Assembly (NCBI GenBank): GCA_964357925.1
Contig: CAYHMW010000005.1
Span: forward strand, 1 to 55,129
Source: an uncultured Gammaproteobacteria bacterium
GTDB lineage: Bacteria > Patescibacteriota > Microgenomatia > UBA8517
DNA length: 55,129 bases
Reading direction: 5' to 3'
Positions within the stretch are counted from its first letter, which is position 1, and each line of letters starts with the position of its first letter. Under the pieces are notes generated by a model, which was given only the letters and a program-made list of their open reading frames with translations, did not search any database and was not told the DNA's origin. Below are positions 37,599 to 47,671 of this stretch, piece after piece. The position numbers and the translations under genes are program-made.

Positions 37599-38525
37599 AT
37601 GCCGAAAGTAAGCATAATAATTTTAAACTGGAACGGTAAAAAGGATACCCTAGAATGCCTTGAGTCACTTTCAAAGGTAAAGATAAAAGGCTTTAAATTA
37701 AAAATTATTGTTGTCGACAACGGTTCCACTGACGACAGTTTGAAAGTTATTCGAGCAAAATGTCATCCCGCACTAGATGCGGGATCTACACAACTTATTG
37801 AAAATCCAATCAATTTAGGCTTCTCAGAAGGCAATAATGTAGGCATCGCCGAAGCTCTAAAGCAAAAATCTGACTATATTTTGCTACTAAATAACGACAC
37901 AGATGTAGACAAAAACTTTATTGTGGAATTCGTTAAAGTCGCCAAAAAACACCCAGAGGCAGCAATTTTTTCTCCCAAAATCTATTTCGCAAAAGGTTAT
38001 GAATTCCACAAAGACAGATACAAAAAAGAGGAACTAGGAAAAGTAATCTGGTGTGCAGGAGGCAGTATGGACTGGGACAATGTTTTTGGAATTAACGTTG
38101 GCGTCGATGAAGTTGACACAGGTCAGTACGATAAAGTGCGAAGAATTGCTTTCGCCACAGGAGCCTGTATACTCATTGATGCCAAGGCTCTTAAAAAAGT
38201 TGGCAGTTTTGATAAAAGATACTTCACTTATTTCGAAGACACAGACCTTAGTCAAAGATTTTTAAAAAACGGGTACAAAATCTTTTACGTTCCAAAGTCA
38301 ATTATTTACCACAAAGTAGCCCAAAGCTCCGGCATCGGCAGCAACTTAAATGACTACTTTATTACAAGAAACAGAATGTTATTTGGAATGAAATACGCGC
38401 CCCTTCGCACCAAAATCGCGCTATTTCGAGAAAGTATTCGCTTTCTACTTTTTGGCAGAAAATGGCAAAAGACAGGTATAAGGGATTATTATATTGGTAA
38501 ATTCGGCAAAGGCAGCTGGCAATGA
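37599..38525 (+). CDS. GT2 (WbbL/rhamnosyltransferase-like)
   Basis: IILNWN, VDNGSTD, NLGFSEGNN, LLNND, YFEDTD; carries an in-frame palindrome. Confidence 0.88.
   Translation: MPKVSIIILNWNGKKDTLECLESLSKVKIKGFKLKIIVVDNGSTDDSLKVIRAKCHPALDAGSTQLIENPINLGFSEGNNVGIAEALKQKSDYILLLNNDTDVDKNFIVEFVKVAKKHPEAAIFSPKIYFAKGYEFHKDRYKKEELGKVIWCAGGSMDWDNVFGINVGVDEVDTGQYDKVRRIAFATGACILIDAKALKKVGSFDKRYFTYFEDTDLSQRFLKNGYKIFYVPKSIIYHKVAQSSGIGSNLNDYFITRNRMLFGMKYAPLRTKIALFRESIRFLLFGRKWQKTGIRDYYIGKFGKGSWQ
37761..37787. repeat. 27-bp palindromic element, copy 2, in frame
   Basis: TGTCATCCCGCACTAGATGCGGGATCT (CHPALDAGS); 24/27 identical to copy 1, with a compensatory stem change. Confidence 0.8.
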
Positions 38526-39292
38526 AACTCACAGTCCTCATCATCACCAAAAACGAAGAGAAGATGCTGCCTGATTGCCTAAAATCAGTAGCTTGGGCGG
38601 ATGAAGTTGTTGTTGTCGACACTGGTTCAACTGATAAAACAATTTCAATCGCCAAAAAATTCGGTGCAAAAGTGTTTGAATATACCTCAGGCAAGAACTT
38701 CTCTGACTGGCGCAACTTTGCTCTAAAAAAGGCAAGTTATGAATGGGTCCTGTATGTCGATGCTGACGAACGTGTAACACCTGAATTAAAGAAAGAAATT
38801 CAAGAAACAATCAGTCAGGATGAAACCTCAAGCGTATATGCCATTCCTCGTCAAAATATAATCCTAGGTAAAGTCTTAAAGCACGGTGGCTGGTACCCAG
38901 ATTATGTCAAAAGACTATGCAAAAAATCAGACTTGAAGGGTTGGGAAGGGGATCTCCATGAAAATCCTGTTGTAAGCGGAAAACTCGAACATTTAAAACA
39001 CAACTTCATTCATGATAAACACGAAACGATTCCAGAAATGGTGGAAAAGACTAATAATTGGTCAGAAATTGAAGCGAAATTAATGTTTGATGCACATCAT
39101 CCTCCAATGAATATCCCAAGATTCATGTCAGCCATGTGGCGTGAATTTTATTTTAGAATGATCCGAAAAATGGCATTTCTTGATGGTTCAATCGGGATTA
39201 TCATGGCAATGTACCAGGTTTACAGTCGTTTTATTAGCTACGCCAAGCTTTGGGAATTGCAAAATAAGACTATAATAAACAAAAGTGGCTAA
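38522..39292 (+). CDS. GT2 (LgtF/WaaE-like)
   Basis: ITKNEE, VDTGSTD, RNFAL, VDADE, GGWYPD, LHE. Confidence 0.88.
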   Translation: MKLTVLIITKNEEKMLPDCLKSVAWADEVVVVDTGSTDKTISIAKKFGAKVFEYTSGKNFSDWRNFALKKASYEWVLYVDADERVTPELKKEIQETISQDETSSVYAIPRQNIILGKVLKHGGWYPDYVKRLCKKSDLKGWEGDLHENPVVSGKLEHLKHNFIHDKHETIPEMVEKTNNWSEIEAKLMFDAHHPPMNIPRFMSAMWREFYFRMIRKMAFLDGSIGIIMAMYQVYSRFISYAKLWELQNKTIINKSG

Positions 39293-39629
39293 AAAATATT
39301 TCCACAACAAGATCGTCCGCGACAACGTTCCGGATAACATATATAAAGCAGGGGATGACTGTGAAGTGAGAACTTTAAGCCATAGCGAAGCACGTATAGA
39401 GCTCCGTAAAAAACTTATCGAAGAAGCCAGCGAATTGCTTAATGCAGAGAAAAAGGAGTTGGTTGATGAGCTTGCAGATGTTCTTGAAGTAGTTAAATCA
39501 ATAGCTCAGTCCGAAAATATCAGGCTCCCTGAAATCGAAAAACACAGACTCCTAAAGGCTGCCCGTGCAGGTCGCTTTAAGAAGAGGATCTTTCTCGTCT
39601 GGTCAAATAAACCTGCAGGTGGAAAATGA
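39285..39629 (+). CDS. MazG-like nucleoside triphosphate pyrophosphohydrolase
   Basis: NKIVRDNVP, KLIEEASE, ELADVLEV, K..RAGRF. Confidence 0.8.
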   Translation: MAKKYFHNKIVRDNVPDNIYKAGDDCEVRTLSHSEARIELRKKLIEEASELLNAEKKELVDELADVLEVVKSIAQSENIRLPEIEKHRLLKAARAGRFKKRIFLVWSNKPAGGK

Positions 39630-40648
39630 AAGCTGCAATTTATACTCCCTATCTGGATACATTGGGTGGCGGAGAGCTATATATGCTAAGTATTGGAAGG
39701 GCCTTAATTGAAGCTGGTTGGGAAGTCCATATCGAAAACAAGAGTCCTGACCTCATAGCAAATGCAGCTGCTCGCTTCGACATTGACTTATCAAAAATAA
39801 ATTCTATTGACTCTATTAATAGGGGAGAAGATTATGACGCATGCTTCTGGCTTAGCGATGGCAGCATCCCACTCCTTCGTTCTCGAAATAATATTCTTCA
39901 CTTCCAGAGACCTTTCCAAAAAGTTGATGGCAAAAGTCTCCTTAACCGTATGAAATTTTATAGAATCAAAAATGTAATTGTAAATTCAAATTTCACAAAG
40001 AGTTGGATTGACAAAGAATATCCAGTGAAAAGTGTAGTAATTTATCCGCCAGTAAACACCACAAAATTCAGGCCAAAGAGGAAGGAGAAAATAATTTTGT
40101 ATATTGGGCGTTTTTCTCAATTAGAACAAAACAAAAACCAAGATGTGCTCCTTGATGTTTTTACGAAATTTAGAAAATCAAATCCTGACTGGAAGTTAGT
40201 GCTTGCTGGTGGGACGGAAGTAGGCAGGACAAAATTCGTCGATGAATTAAAGGAAAAATCGAAAGGTAAATCGGTTGAAATTATTGAAAGTCCAAAGTTC
40301 GAAACTTTGAAAGATCTTTTCGGTAGAGCAAGTATTTTTTGGTCAGCCGCCGGCTTCGGGGTCGACGAAGCAATTGAGCCTCAAAAAGTTGAGCACTTTG
40401 GCATTACCGTTGTCGAGGCAATGTCAGCTGGAATGATCCCCATTGTTTTTAACGGTGGGGGACACAAGGAAATAATCACACACGGCAAGGATGGTTTATT
40501 GTGGAATACAAAAGAAGGATTACTAAAAGCCACAGAAGTCCTAATTCAAAACAAGAAAACTATGCAACAGTTAGCATTAAACGCAAAAGAAACTAGTGAA
40601 AAATTTGATTATGCGCACTTCAAAACTCAAATTCTCTCAATCGTCTAA
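39626..40648 (+). CDS. GT4 glycosyltransferase (GT-B fold)
   Basis: LGGGE, NSNFT, IYPPV, IGRF, EHFGITVVEAMSAG (EX7E). Confidence 0.9.
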   Translation: MKAAIYTPYLDTLGGGELYMLSIGRALIEAGWEVHIENKSPDLIANAAARFDIDLSKINSIDSINRGEDYDACFWLSDGSIPLLRSRNNILHFQRPFQKVDGKSLLNRMKFYRIKNVIVNSNFTKSWIDKEYPVKSVVIYPPVNTTKFRPKRKEKIILYIGRFSQLEQNKNQDVLLDVFTKFRKSNPDWKLVLAGGTEVGRTKFVDELKEKSKGKSVEIIESPKFETLKDLFGRASIFWSAAGFGVDEAIEPQKVEHFGITVVEAMSAGMIPIVFNGGGHKEIITHGKDGLLWNTKEGLLKATEVLIQNKKTMQQLALNAKETSEKFDYAHFKTQILSIV

Positions 40649-42578
40649 TCTAATCCCCATACTAACCATCTTGGGTATTACTGTTATTTTCTTTTGGAAA
40701 TTTTTCTTCAAGGGTCTGATTCCAATCCCTGCTGATATTGTCACAAATACTTATTTACCTTGGCGCAGTCATTATTTTGGACCAGTCCAAAACCCTATTC
40801 TCTCAGACGCAATTTCTTTTACCTATCCTATGCGTACATTGGCAGTAGACATAATGCAACAAGGTCAACTTCCTCTTTGGAACCCATATATCCTAATGGG
40901 AACCCCTCTTCTGGCCAATCTCCAATCCGCGCCCTTTTCCCCAACCATATTCCTTTATTTCCTCACTGATACCGCCACAGCCTGGGGTTTACAAGTAGTT
41001 GCACAACACTTCCTCGCAATGCTCTTTATGTATGTTCTCCTTCGTTACTGGAAAATTGGAAAGTCCGCAAGTCTTTTGGGTGGATTAATCTACGCTTTTG
41101 CAGGCTTTAACACCATCTGGTCGCAGTGGAATATTCACACTTTGACCGCCGCTTTTCTCCCGATAATAATATATTTTGCAGAGAAACTAATTGAAGAAAA
41201 AAAGAAGATAACAGGCGTTTTCCTTAGCGTATCAATCGCCGCCCAACTACTCTCTGGGTATCCTCAGTTATTTATCTACACCGCCGCGGCCATCGTCATA
41301 CTTTTGATCGGCAAAACAAATAAAATCATAAATTTTATAAATATCTCAAAATTTGTGTTACTAGGAATTGGACTTTCAACCATTCAATTACTCCCAGGGC
41401 TCGAGCTGATACTGAATTCCCAAAGAGCTTCCGAACCAATTCCATTCAAATGGGTTTTCCTTCCATTTGCCAAAACAATAACGTTTTTAATAGCAGACTT
41501 TTTTGGTAGCCACAGCGCTGGCAATTACTGGGGTCCACAAAATTACACAAGCAACACAGGGTTTATAGGTATAGGGGTATTTATTCTACTTATCGTTGGA
41601 TTCAAAACAAAAATAAATTCTAAAGTTATAGTGTTTTCAAAATTGGTTTTAATTGCAGCAATTTTGTTGAGCTTTGCAACACCAATTTCAATACTCCTAT
41701 ACAAAGTCAATATCCTAGGGTTTGCCGCCGCAACAGCCCATCGTGCACTCATCCTATTTATTTTTGCAGTTTCAATAATAGCAAGTTTCGGCTTTGAGCA
41801 TCTAGGTAAAAAACGGAGAGTTGTTTTACTTTCAATAATCTCGTTCGAACTATTTTTCTTTGCAAATAATTTTTGGGCATTCTCAAAAAGCGAATTGATA
41901 TACCCGCCTACGCCAATTCACAAGTTCTTGCAAGAACAAGACGGCTTGTTTAGAATTTTATCGCCAGACACTATCCCCCTAAATCTCAATATGCCCTACA
42001 AGCTTAGCTCCCCGGAAGGCTATGACGCCGTTTATCCTAAAACAACCGCCAAGCTCCTTGGAGTAATAAACAATAACTCGTTTGACGCAAAACCCCAAGA
42101 CAGATACGGTGCTCTTACAAACGAGACTTCACCAACAGTCGATTTCATAAACGTTAAATATCTAATCACAAGAGGCGATTACATATTTGATGATAATAAA
42201 CATAGTGTTGTTTTTAAGGACAAGGAAACACAGATACTGAAGAACAAAAACGCGCTCCAGAGAGCATTTTTGGAAAGGTCGCCAGATCAATTAGTCAAAG
42301 GAGAAGTATACCTACCAAATTTTGTTTCATTTATTGTAAGTACACAATCTGTGGACACCCTTGTCCTCACAGATACCTACTATCCTGGCTGGAAGGCATA
42401 TATTGACAATAAACCGGTTAGCATAACAAGATTTAAAGACAACTTTCGTGCAGTTGAAGTTCCAGAAGGTAAGCATGAAGTAAAATTTTTATATATGCCG
42501 AACTCCTTTGTAGTCGGAGCAATTTTTACTGTTCTCTCTGCCGCTTCGCTTGTTTATATACTAAAATCAAAATCATGA
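40611..42578 (+). CDS. YfhO-family GT-C membrane protein
   Basis: PLWNPYILMGTPLLAN, GYPQ, EGYD, LVLTDTYYPGWKAYIDN, VPEGKHEV. Confidence 0.85.
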   Translation: MRTSKLKFSQSSNLIPILTILGITVIFFWKFFFKGLIPIPADIVTNTYLPWRSHYFGPVQNPILSDAISFTYPMRTLAVDIMQQGQLPLWNPYILMGTPLLANLQSAPFSPTIFLYFLTDTATAWGLQVVAQHFLAMLFMYVLLRYWKIGKSASLLGGLIYAFAGFNTIWSQWNIHTLTAAFLPIIIYFAEKLIEEKKKITGVFLSVSIAAQLLSGYPQLFIYTAAAIVILLIGKTNKIINFINISKFVLLGIGLSTIQLLPGLELILNSQRASEPIPFKWVFLPFAKTITFLIADFFGSHSAGNYWGPQNYTSNTGFIGIGVFILLIVGFKTKINSKVIVFSKLVLIAAILLSFATPISILLYKVNILGFAAATAHRALILFIFAVSIIASFGFEHLGKKRRVVLLSIISFELFFFANNFWAFSKSELIYPPTPIHKFLQEQDGLFRILSPDTIPLNLNMPYKLSSPEGYDAVYPKTTAKLLGVINNNSFDAKPQDRYGALTNETSPTVDFINVKYLITRGDYIFDDNKHSVVFKDKETQILKNKNALQRAFLERSPDQLVKGEVYLPNFVSFIVSTQSVDTLVLTDTYYPGWKAYIDNKPVSITRFKDNFRAVEVPEGKHEVKFLYMPNSFVVGAIFTVLSAASLVYILKSKS

Positions 42579-44086
42579 GGATCAATATACTCCTGTCAGT
42601 GATATTTCTAATCGGTTTTTGTTTGAGGGTTTTATACCTTCCGCATAACGTACTCACATTTGGCTATGATCAAGCTAGAGACGCACTGGTAACGGGGCAA
42701 ATATTAGATGGAGATCTTAAAATCCAAGGCCCACCATCATCTGCTCCTGGCCTATATCATGGAGTTTTTTATAATTACGTACTCGCCCCTGCGTATTTAT
42801 TAGGAAATGGAAGTCCGATAGTCGCAGCATATTGGATAGCATTATTAAACGCCGCTACAGTGTTTATTGTCTTTGCTCTGACTCGGAAATTATCAAGTAA
42901 TAAATACACCGCACTTCTAGCTGCACTTCTATTTGCATTTTCATTTGAAGCCACTCAATACGCAACTTGGCTTAGTAACCCAACAATTGGAGTGTGGACA
43001 GTGCCACTGATGTATTTGGGACTTTGGATTTGGATAAAGGATGCTAAAGCTAAAGGTCCAATTTTAACAGGCATTGGTTTAGGTATGAGCATTCAGTCAG
43101 AAATATTTCTTGCCTATCATATTGTGCCAGTACTCTTCTGGCTATATTTTGCAAAAGTAAAAAGAAAAGAATTATTCATTGGGTCGTTCTCACTGATTCT
43201 CTCAGTCAGCACAATGATCGTGGCAGATGCAAAGTTTGGCTTCCAATCAATTTCAGGTATCAAAAGTCTTCTACTGGGAAGTGACGAAATATTACAAAGT
43301 AAAAAATTCTCGGACTTTATATATTTATATTTTGATCAATTAGCACGCACATTCTCAAACACTCTACTGCCATCTAATGTTGGTTATGGTGGACTTATTG
43401 TCCTAGCTCTAGTCGCTGTGGCCATTTTCCTTTGGGCCAAAAAAAGAAACGAAATCTCACCGTGGTTGTTTATATTGTCATTTGTTCTTGCACACACAAC
43501 AATCGTTCCTGTTGGAGGGGTAAGTACTCCATTTTTGCTCGTAGGCATCGGTTCCGGGGTAGTTATATTGGCAGCACTCGTAATTAGCTATCTATACGGC
43601 TTCAATAAAATTCTAGCAATCGGTATAGTCCTCACAATCCTATTTTCCAATATTTCAACTATTATCTCAAAAAACAAACATGGGTCTGTAATTTTCTCAA
43701 TCCAAAAAGACATGTTGCTTAATCTTCAAATAGCAGCTATTGATTACACCTACGAGGAGGCAAATGGCCAACCTTTTAGCACAAATTCAGTTACAAGCCC
43801 TCTCTGGATAAACATAGTCTGGTCATATCTGTTTCATTGGTACGGTCAAGAAAAATACGAATTTTTGCCTGAGTGGCACGGTAAAGATCAAGTCGGTCTT
43901 CTTCAATCACTCCCGGAAGCAAATGTAGATACCAAAAACTACTTTATGATTATTGAACCGCTTACTGGGATCCCTAGAAGATTCATCGACGAGGCCCTGG
44001 ACGAGGAAAACAGCAGGTCCGTGCTAGTTGAAGAAAAATATTTTGGTGAGATACTTGTTCAGAAGAGAACTAGGTTAGAAAAATGA
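42575..44086 (+). CDS. GT-C (ArnT/PMT-like) glycosyltransferase
   Basis: FGYDQARDA...IQGPPSS...HGVFYNY; WLSNP; C-terminus FGEILVQKR similar to the gene at 19464. Confidence 0.8.
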   Translation: MRINILLSVIFLIGFCLRVLYLPHNVLTFGYDQARDALVTGQILDGDLKIQGPPSSAPGLYHGVFYNYVLAPAYLLGNGSPIVAAYWIALLNAATVFIVFALTRKLSSNKYTALLAALLFAFSFEATQYATWLSNPTIGVWTVPLMYLGLWIWIKDAKAKGPILTGIGLGMSIQSEIFLAYHIVPVLFWLYFAKVKRKELFIGSFSLILSVSTMIVADAKFGFQSISGIKSLLLGSDEILQSKKFSDFIYLYFDQLARTFSNTLLPSNVGYGGLIVLALVAVAIFLWAKKRNEISPWLFILSFVLAHTTIVPVGGVSTPFLLVGIGSGVVILAALVISYLYGFNKILAIGIVLTILFSNISTIISKNKHGSVIFSIQKDMLLNLQIAAIDYTYEEANGQPFSTNSVTSPLWINIVWSYLFHWYGQEKYEFLPEWHGKDQVGLLQSLPEANVDTKNYFMIIEPLTGIPRRFIDEALDEENSRSVLVEEKYFGEILVQKRTRLEK

Positions 44087-44742
44087 ACAAATCCTTAAGA
44101 AGCGCAGCACAACTGCATAAAAATGTACCCCCCGATTGGTATCATGCGTCCATACAACGTAACTTTTTTCAGCGCTGGTGGCATTACAGTCGCTTTACAA
44201 AAGTTAAAGATTATTCAGAGTTTGTCGACGGTAAAATATTGGATATTGGTTGTGCTGACGGAGTCTTCACTAAAGAAATTTTAGATAAAACTCAAGCCGC
44301 CGAAATCATTGGCATAGACGTACTGGAATCCTCAATTAATTGGGCAAGAGCTCATTGGAAAGAAGAAAAAAGATTAAAGTTTGAAGTGGGCAATGCGCAC
44401 AAATTGAAGTTTAAACAAAACTCTTTTGGAGCAGTTTATATTCTTGAGGTCATGGAACATGTTTCAGATCCGATTGATGTTCTAAATGAGGCGAAAAGGG
44501 TGCTCAAAAAAGGTGGCTATTTAATAATGCTCGTTCCTTCAGATAATTTATTGTTTAGAATAGTATGGTGGATTGTGACCAATTTTTGGTGGGCGAAAAT
44601 TTGGGAGGACTGCCACGTAAACTCATTCAACAGTAAAAACCCACTATCAAAATATGCCAAAGAAGCGGGTTTTAAAATTGAAGTAGATGAAAAGTTCTGG
44701 CTCGGTATGCTAAATATCGTAAAAGTAAGGAAGTTAAAATAA
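44083..44742 (+). CDS. Class I SAM-dependent methyltransferase
   Basis: ILDIGCADG, IGID, EVMEHV, RVLKKGG. Confidence 0.9.
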   Translation: MNKSLRSAAQLHKNVPPDWYHASIQRNFFQRWWHYSRFTKVKDYSEFVDGKILDIGCADGVFTKEILDKTQAAEIIGIDVLESSINWARAHWKEEKRLKFEVGNAHKLKFKQNSFGAVYILEVMEHVSDPIDVLNEAKRVLKKGGYLIMLVPSDNLLFRIVWWIVTNFWWAKIWEDCHVNSFNSKNPLSKYAKEAGFKIEVDEKFWLGMLNIVKVRKLK

Positions 44743-44746
44743 AACT

Positions 44747-45646
44747 ATGAAATTTGTAACGGTAGTAATACCTAATTGGAACGGAGAAATTCTGTTACAA
44801 CAAAACTTGCCAAAAGTACTAGCTGCCAAGAACAACAAAAAAAACAGAATCAAAGAAATTATTATTGTTGACGATGCTTCCACTGACAATTCAGTAAAAC
44901 TTCTCAAAAAAAATTTTAGCAATAATATTAGACTATTTCAGCACAAAGAAAACCGAGGTTTCGCTGCAGCAGTGAATCTTGGTGTGCGGATGGCTAAAAC
45001 TGAACTGGTTTGCCTGCTAAACTCAGATGTCATTCCCTCAGAAAATTTTCTTGTAAAGGCTCTTCCACATTTTCATAACATTAAGGTCTTTGGAGTGTCA
45101 CTAGCCGAGGAAGGGTATGGCCCGGCGATTGGCCAATATTTGAATGGCTATATTGAACACAACGACAATAAAGACGCAAAAATTACTTCAAATACGTTCT
45201 GGCTTAGTGGGGGAAGCTGTGTTTTGTCGAGGAAAATTTGGATGAAATTGAAAGGCTTCGATGAGGAACTGTTTCACCCATTTTACTGGGAAGATGTCGA
45301 CTTGAGTTATAGAGCCATGAAGCGTGGCTATAAGTTGCTTTGGGAACCAGACGCCAAAGTTATTCACAAACACGAGACTACAATTAGCAAAACAACAAGT
45401 GCTAAGAAAAGAAAAATTTTAATTGTGGAACGGAATCAGCTATTGTTTATTTGGAAAAACATAACAAGCAAAAATATGTTTCGGAAACACAGGATCGGCC
45501 TAGTCAAAAGAGTATTGCGACACCCAGGTTATATAAGAGTAATAATGCTTGCTCTAAAGAAACGAAAGTTGATACAAAAACGACGCAAAATTGAAATAAA
45601 ACAATCTAAGATTTCAGATGAAGCAATCTTCGCAAACTTCAATTAA
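44747..45646 (+). CDS. GT2 (WbbL-like)
   Basis: IPNWNG, VDDASTD, NRGFAAAVN, LLNSD, YWEDVD. Confidence 0.88.
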   Translation: MKFVTVVIPNWNGEILLQQNLPKVLAAKNNKKNRIKEIIIVDDASTDNSVKLLKKNFSNNIRLFQHKENRGFAAAVNLGVRMAKTELVCLLNSDVIPSENFLVKALPHFHNIKVFGVSLAEEGYGPAIGQYLNGYIEHNDNKDAKITSNTFWLSGGSCVLSRKIWMKLKGFDEELFHPFYWEDVDLSYRAMKRGYKLLWEPDAKVIHKHETTISKTTSAKKRKILIVERNQLLFIWKNITSKNMFRKHRIGLVKRVLRHPGYIRVIMLALKKRKLIQKRRKIEIKQSKISDEAIFANFN

Positions 45647-46883
45647 AAAGGTTCTTTTACTAGCGCTAGGCATACGGCTGGTACTTATTCCACTTTCTTA
45701 TCATAGTGATCTAAATAACAACGAAATATGGGGGATCTACGCTCGTGAATTCGGGCTCCGCGGCTTTTACGATTGGCTAAACTTTGGTAATTACGCCAGG
45801 CCAGATTATCCACCTCTTGCCATGGTGTTATTCAACTTCCTTCGCTATCTCTGGGCAGGAATCTTTCAAGTAGTTTGGAAGATAAACATTGCCTTACCAC
45901 TCTTTCCATCAAACCTTGTTACTTGGCTTGATATATATGGTATGAGAGCTTTGATTAAAGTTCCAGGTATAATTTCTGATTTAGCAATCGGCCTAATTAT
46001 TTACCGAGAGGCAAAAAAAATATCTCCCCAAAAAGCGGTTTACTACTCAAAGTTATTTTTATTAAACCCCGCGATAATTTATTTGTCCTCATCTTGGGGG
46101 CAACTGGATTCAGTCGTTACACTTTTTGCTCTACTTTCAATTTTGGGAGTGAGAAGCAGGAAGTACACGCACGCAACCACATACTATTTCATATCAATAA
46201 TGACTAAAGCAACTTTTGTGCCCATTGCTCCACTATTGCTGATTCAATCAATTAAACAACATATTTCAGTTAAAAGTGTTGTAGCCACACTACTCCTTTT
46301 GTTACTTTACTTCTATATCGTGGGCACTTTATTTATTGATAAATTGCCAGTATCTTGGCTCTTTAATTTATACACGGGTACCATTATCAAAGGTGCAGTA
46401 ACTCTCCCTTACATAAACTTAAATGCCTTCAACTTCTGGGGAGTAATACTTGGCCTCGATAGAATAGAAGATTCCACAAAAGTGCTTTGGTTTACACTGA
46501 ATAATCTGGCATATGTAGCCGCGATCCCATGTCTTCTTCTTATCCTGCGAAAGTTTATGAAGGGTGCAGAAATAATCCATACAACCGCTATTTTATTTTT
46601 TTCTATATTTATGTTTTTCCCTCGCGTACACGAACGATATTTATATCCAACCATCGCTTTAATGCCCCTAGTACTTATTCGAAACTCGCATCTCAAGAAG
46701 TTATATTTCAGTTTAAGTACAATCTTTTTATTAAATCTTTATCACTGGTGGTGGTTCCCGGAAATAAAACCACTAGTTGCCTTTCTAGATTTCGACATTA
46801 TAGAAAGGCTACTTTCCCTCTCGAGCCTAATTATTTTCCTTCTTTTGTTTCGCGATTATCTTTCAACTAAAATGAGGAAATGA
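45618..46883 (+). CDS. GT-C (Alg6/GT87-like) glycosyltransferase
   Basis: HSD, DYPP, KVPGIISD, LNPA, WGQLD, NAFNFW, VHERY. Confidence 0.75.
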   Translation: MKQSSQTSIKKVLLLALGIRLVLIPLSYHSDLNNNEIWGIYAREFGLRGFYDWLNFGNYARPDYPPLAMVLFNFLRYLWAGIFQVVWKINIALPLFPSNLVTWLDIYGMRALIKVPGIISDLAIGLIIYREAKKISPQKAVYYSKLFLLNPAIIYLSSSWGQLDSVVTLFALLSILGVRSRKYTHATTYYFISIMTKATFVPIAPLLLIQSIKQHISVKSVVATLLLLLLYFYIVGTLFIDKLPVSWLFNLYTGTIIKGAVTLPYINLNAFNFWGVILGLDRIEDSTKVLWFTLNNLAYVAAIPCLLLILRKFMKGAEIIHTTAILFFSIFMFFPRVHERYLYPTIALMPLVLIRNSHLKKLYFSLSTIFLLNLYHWWWFPEIKPLVAFLDFDIIERLLSLSSLIIFLLLFRDYLSTKMRK

Positions 46884-47665
46884 AGCTTTCAATTATTATC
46901 GTTAGCTATAACACAAAAGACCTAACTCTCGATTGTATCAATTCAGTCTTCAAATTTGCCCCAAAAATAAAATTCGAAGTTGTTGTTGTCGACAACGGAA
47001 GCTCAGATGGTACTGTTGAGTCTCTACCGAAAAGCGTAAAAGTCATAAAAAACAACGCCAATCTCGGTTTCTCCCGTGCCAACAACCAAGGCATAAAAAT
47101 CTCCAAAGGAAAATACATCTTACTTTTAAATTCGGATACAAAAGTGACAAAAGGCGCAATTGAAAAGCTCATCTCTTTTGCAGAAAATGCTGATGGCGCA
47201 GGTGTAGTTGGAAGCCAACTCTTAAATGCCGATGGGTCAATCCAGCCATCGGTTTTTTACCTCCCAACACTTGGAAGAACTATCGCAGAGTTCTGGCTTA
47301 AAGGTAAAAAATATTTGGAAAAATATGCACCACAAGGCAGCGAACCAGCTGAAGTCGAAGCAGTCGTGGGTGCAGCGTTCCTAATAACACCAAAAGCGCA
47401 AAAACGCGTGGGTCAGTTAAATGAAGCTTACTTCATGTACTTTGAAGATCTGGATTATTGCCGTGAAGTGAGAAGAAAGGGTCTCAAAGTCTATTATCTA
47501 CCAAGTTCGAAAATATACCATTATCATGGTGCAAGTGGAAAGGGTATTGCTGATGCGAGCAACCAATGGAAGCGTTTAATTCCATCCAGTAAAACTTATC
47601 ACGGCCTTATAAAGTACTACGCGATTCAGTTCATGATGAAAACCTCACAAAAACTGTTAAAGTAA
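46880..47665 (+). CDS. GT2 (WbbL/rhamnosyltransferase-like)
   Basis: IVSYNT, VDNGSSD, NLGFSRANN, LLNSD, FMYFEDLD, HYHGAS. Confidence 0.88.
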   Translation: MKLSIIIVSYNTKDLTLDCINSVFKFAPKIKFEVVVVDNGSSDGTVESLPKSVKVIKNNANLGFSRANNQGIKISKGKYILLLNSDTKVTKGAIEKLISFAENADGAGVVGSQLLNADGSIQPSVFYLPTLGRTIAEFWLKGKKYLEKYAPQGSEPAEVEAVVGAAFLITPKAQKRVGQLNEAYFMYFEDLDYCREVRRKGLKVYYLPSSKIYHYHGASGKGIADASNQWKRLIPSSKTYHGLIKYYAIQFMMKTSQKLLK

Positions 47666-47671
47666 GTTAAT

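Noticed and set aside
39285-39629. MazG-like gene as an anti-phage or abortive-infection system
   Set aside because: It is a stand-alone small house-cleaning type with no partner defence genes nearby.
1319-40610. Longest-ORF starts in the track (1319, 5737, 10140, 11167, 16950, 18449, 28289, 29136, 30526, 32909, 40596)
   Set aside because: Downstream ATGs give typical short stop/start overlaps or sit just below -10 boxes, so the starts were revised.
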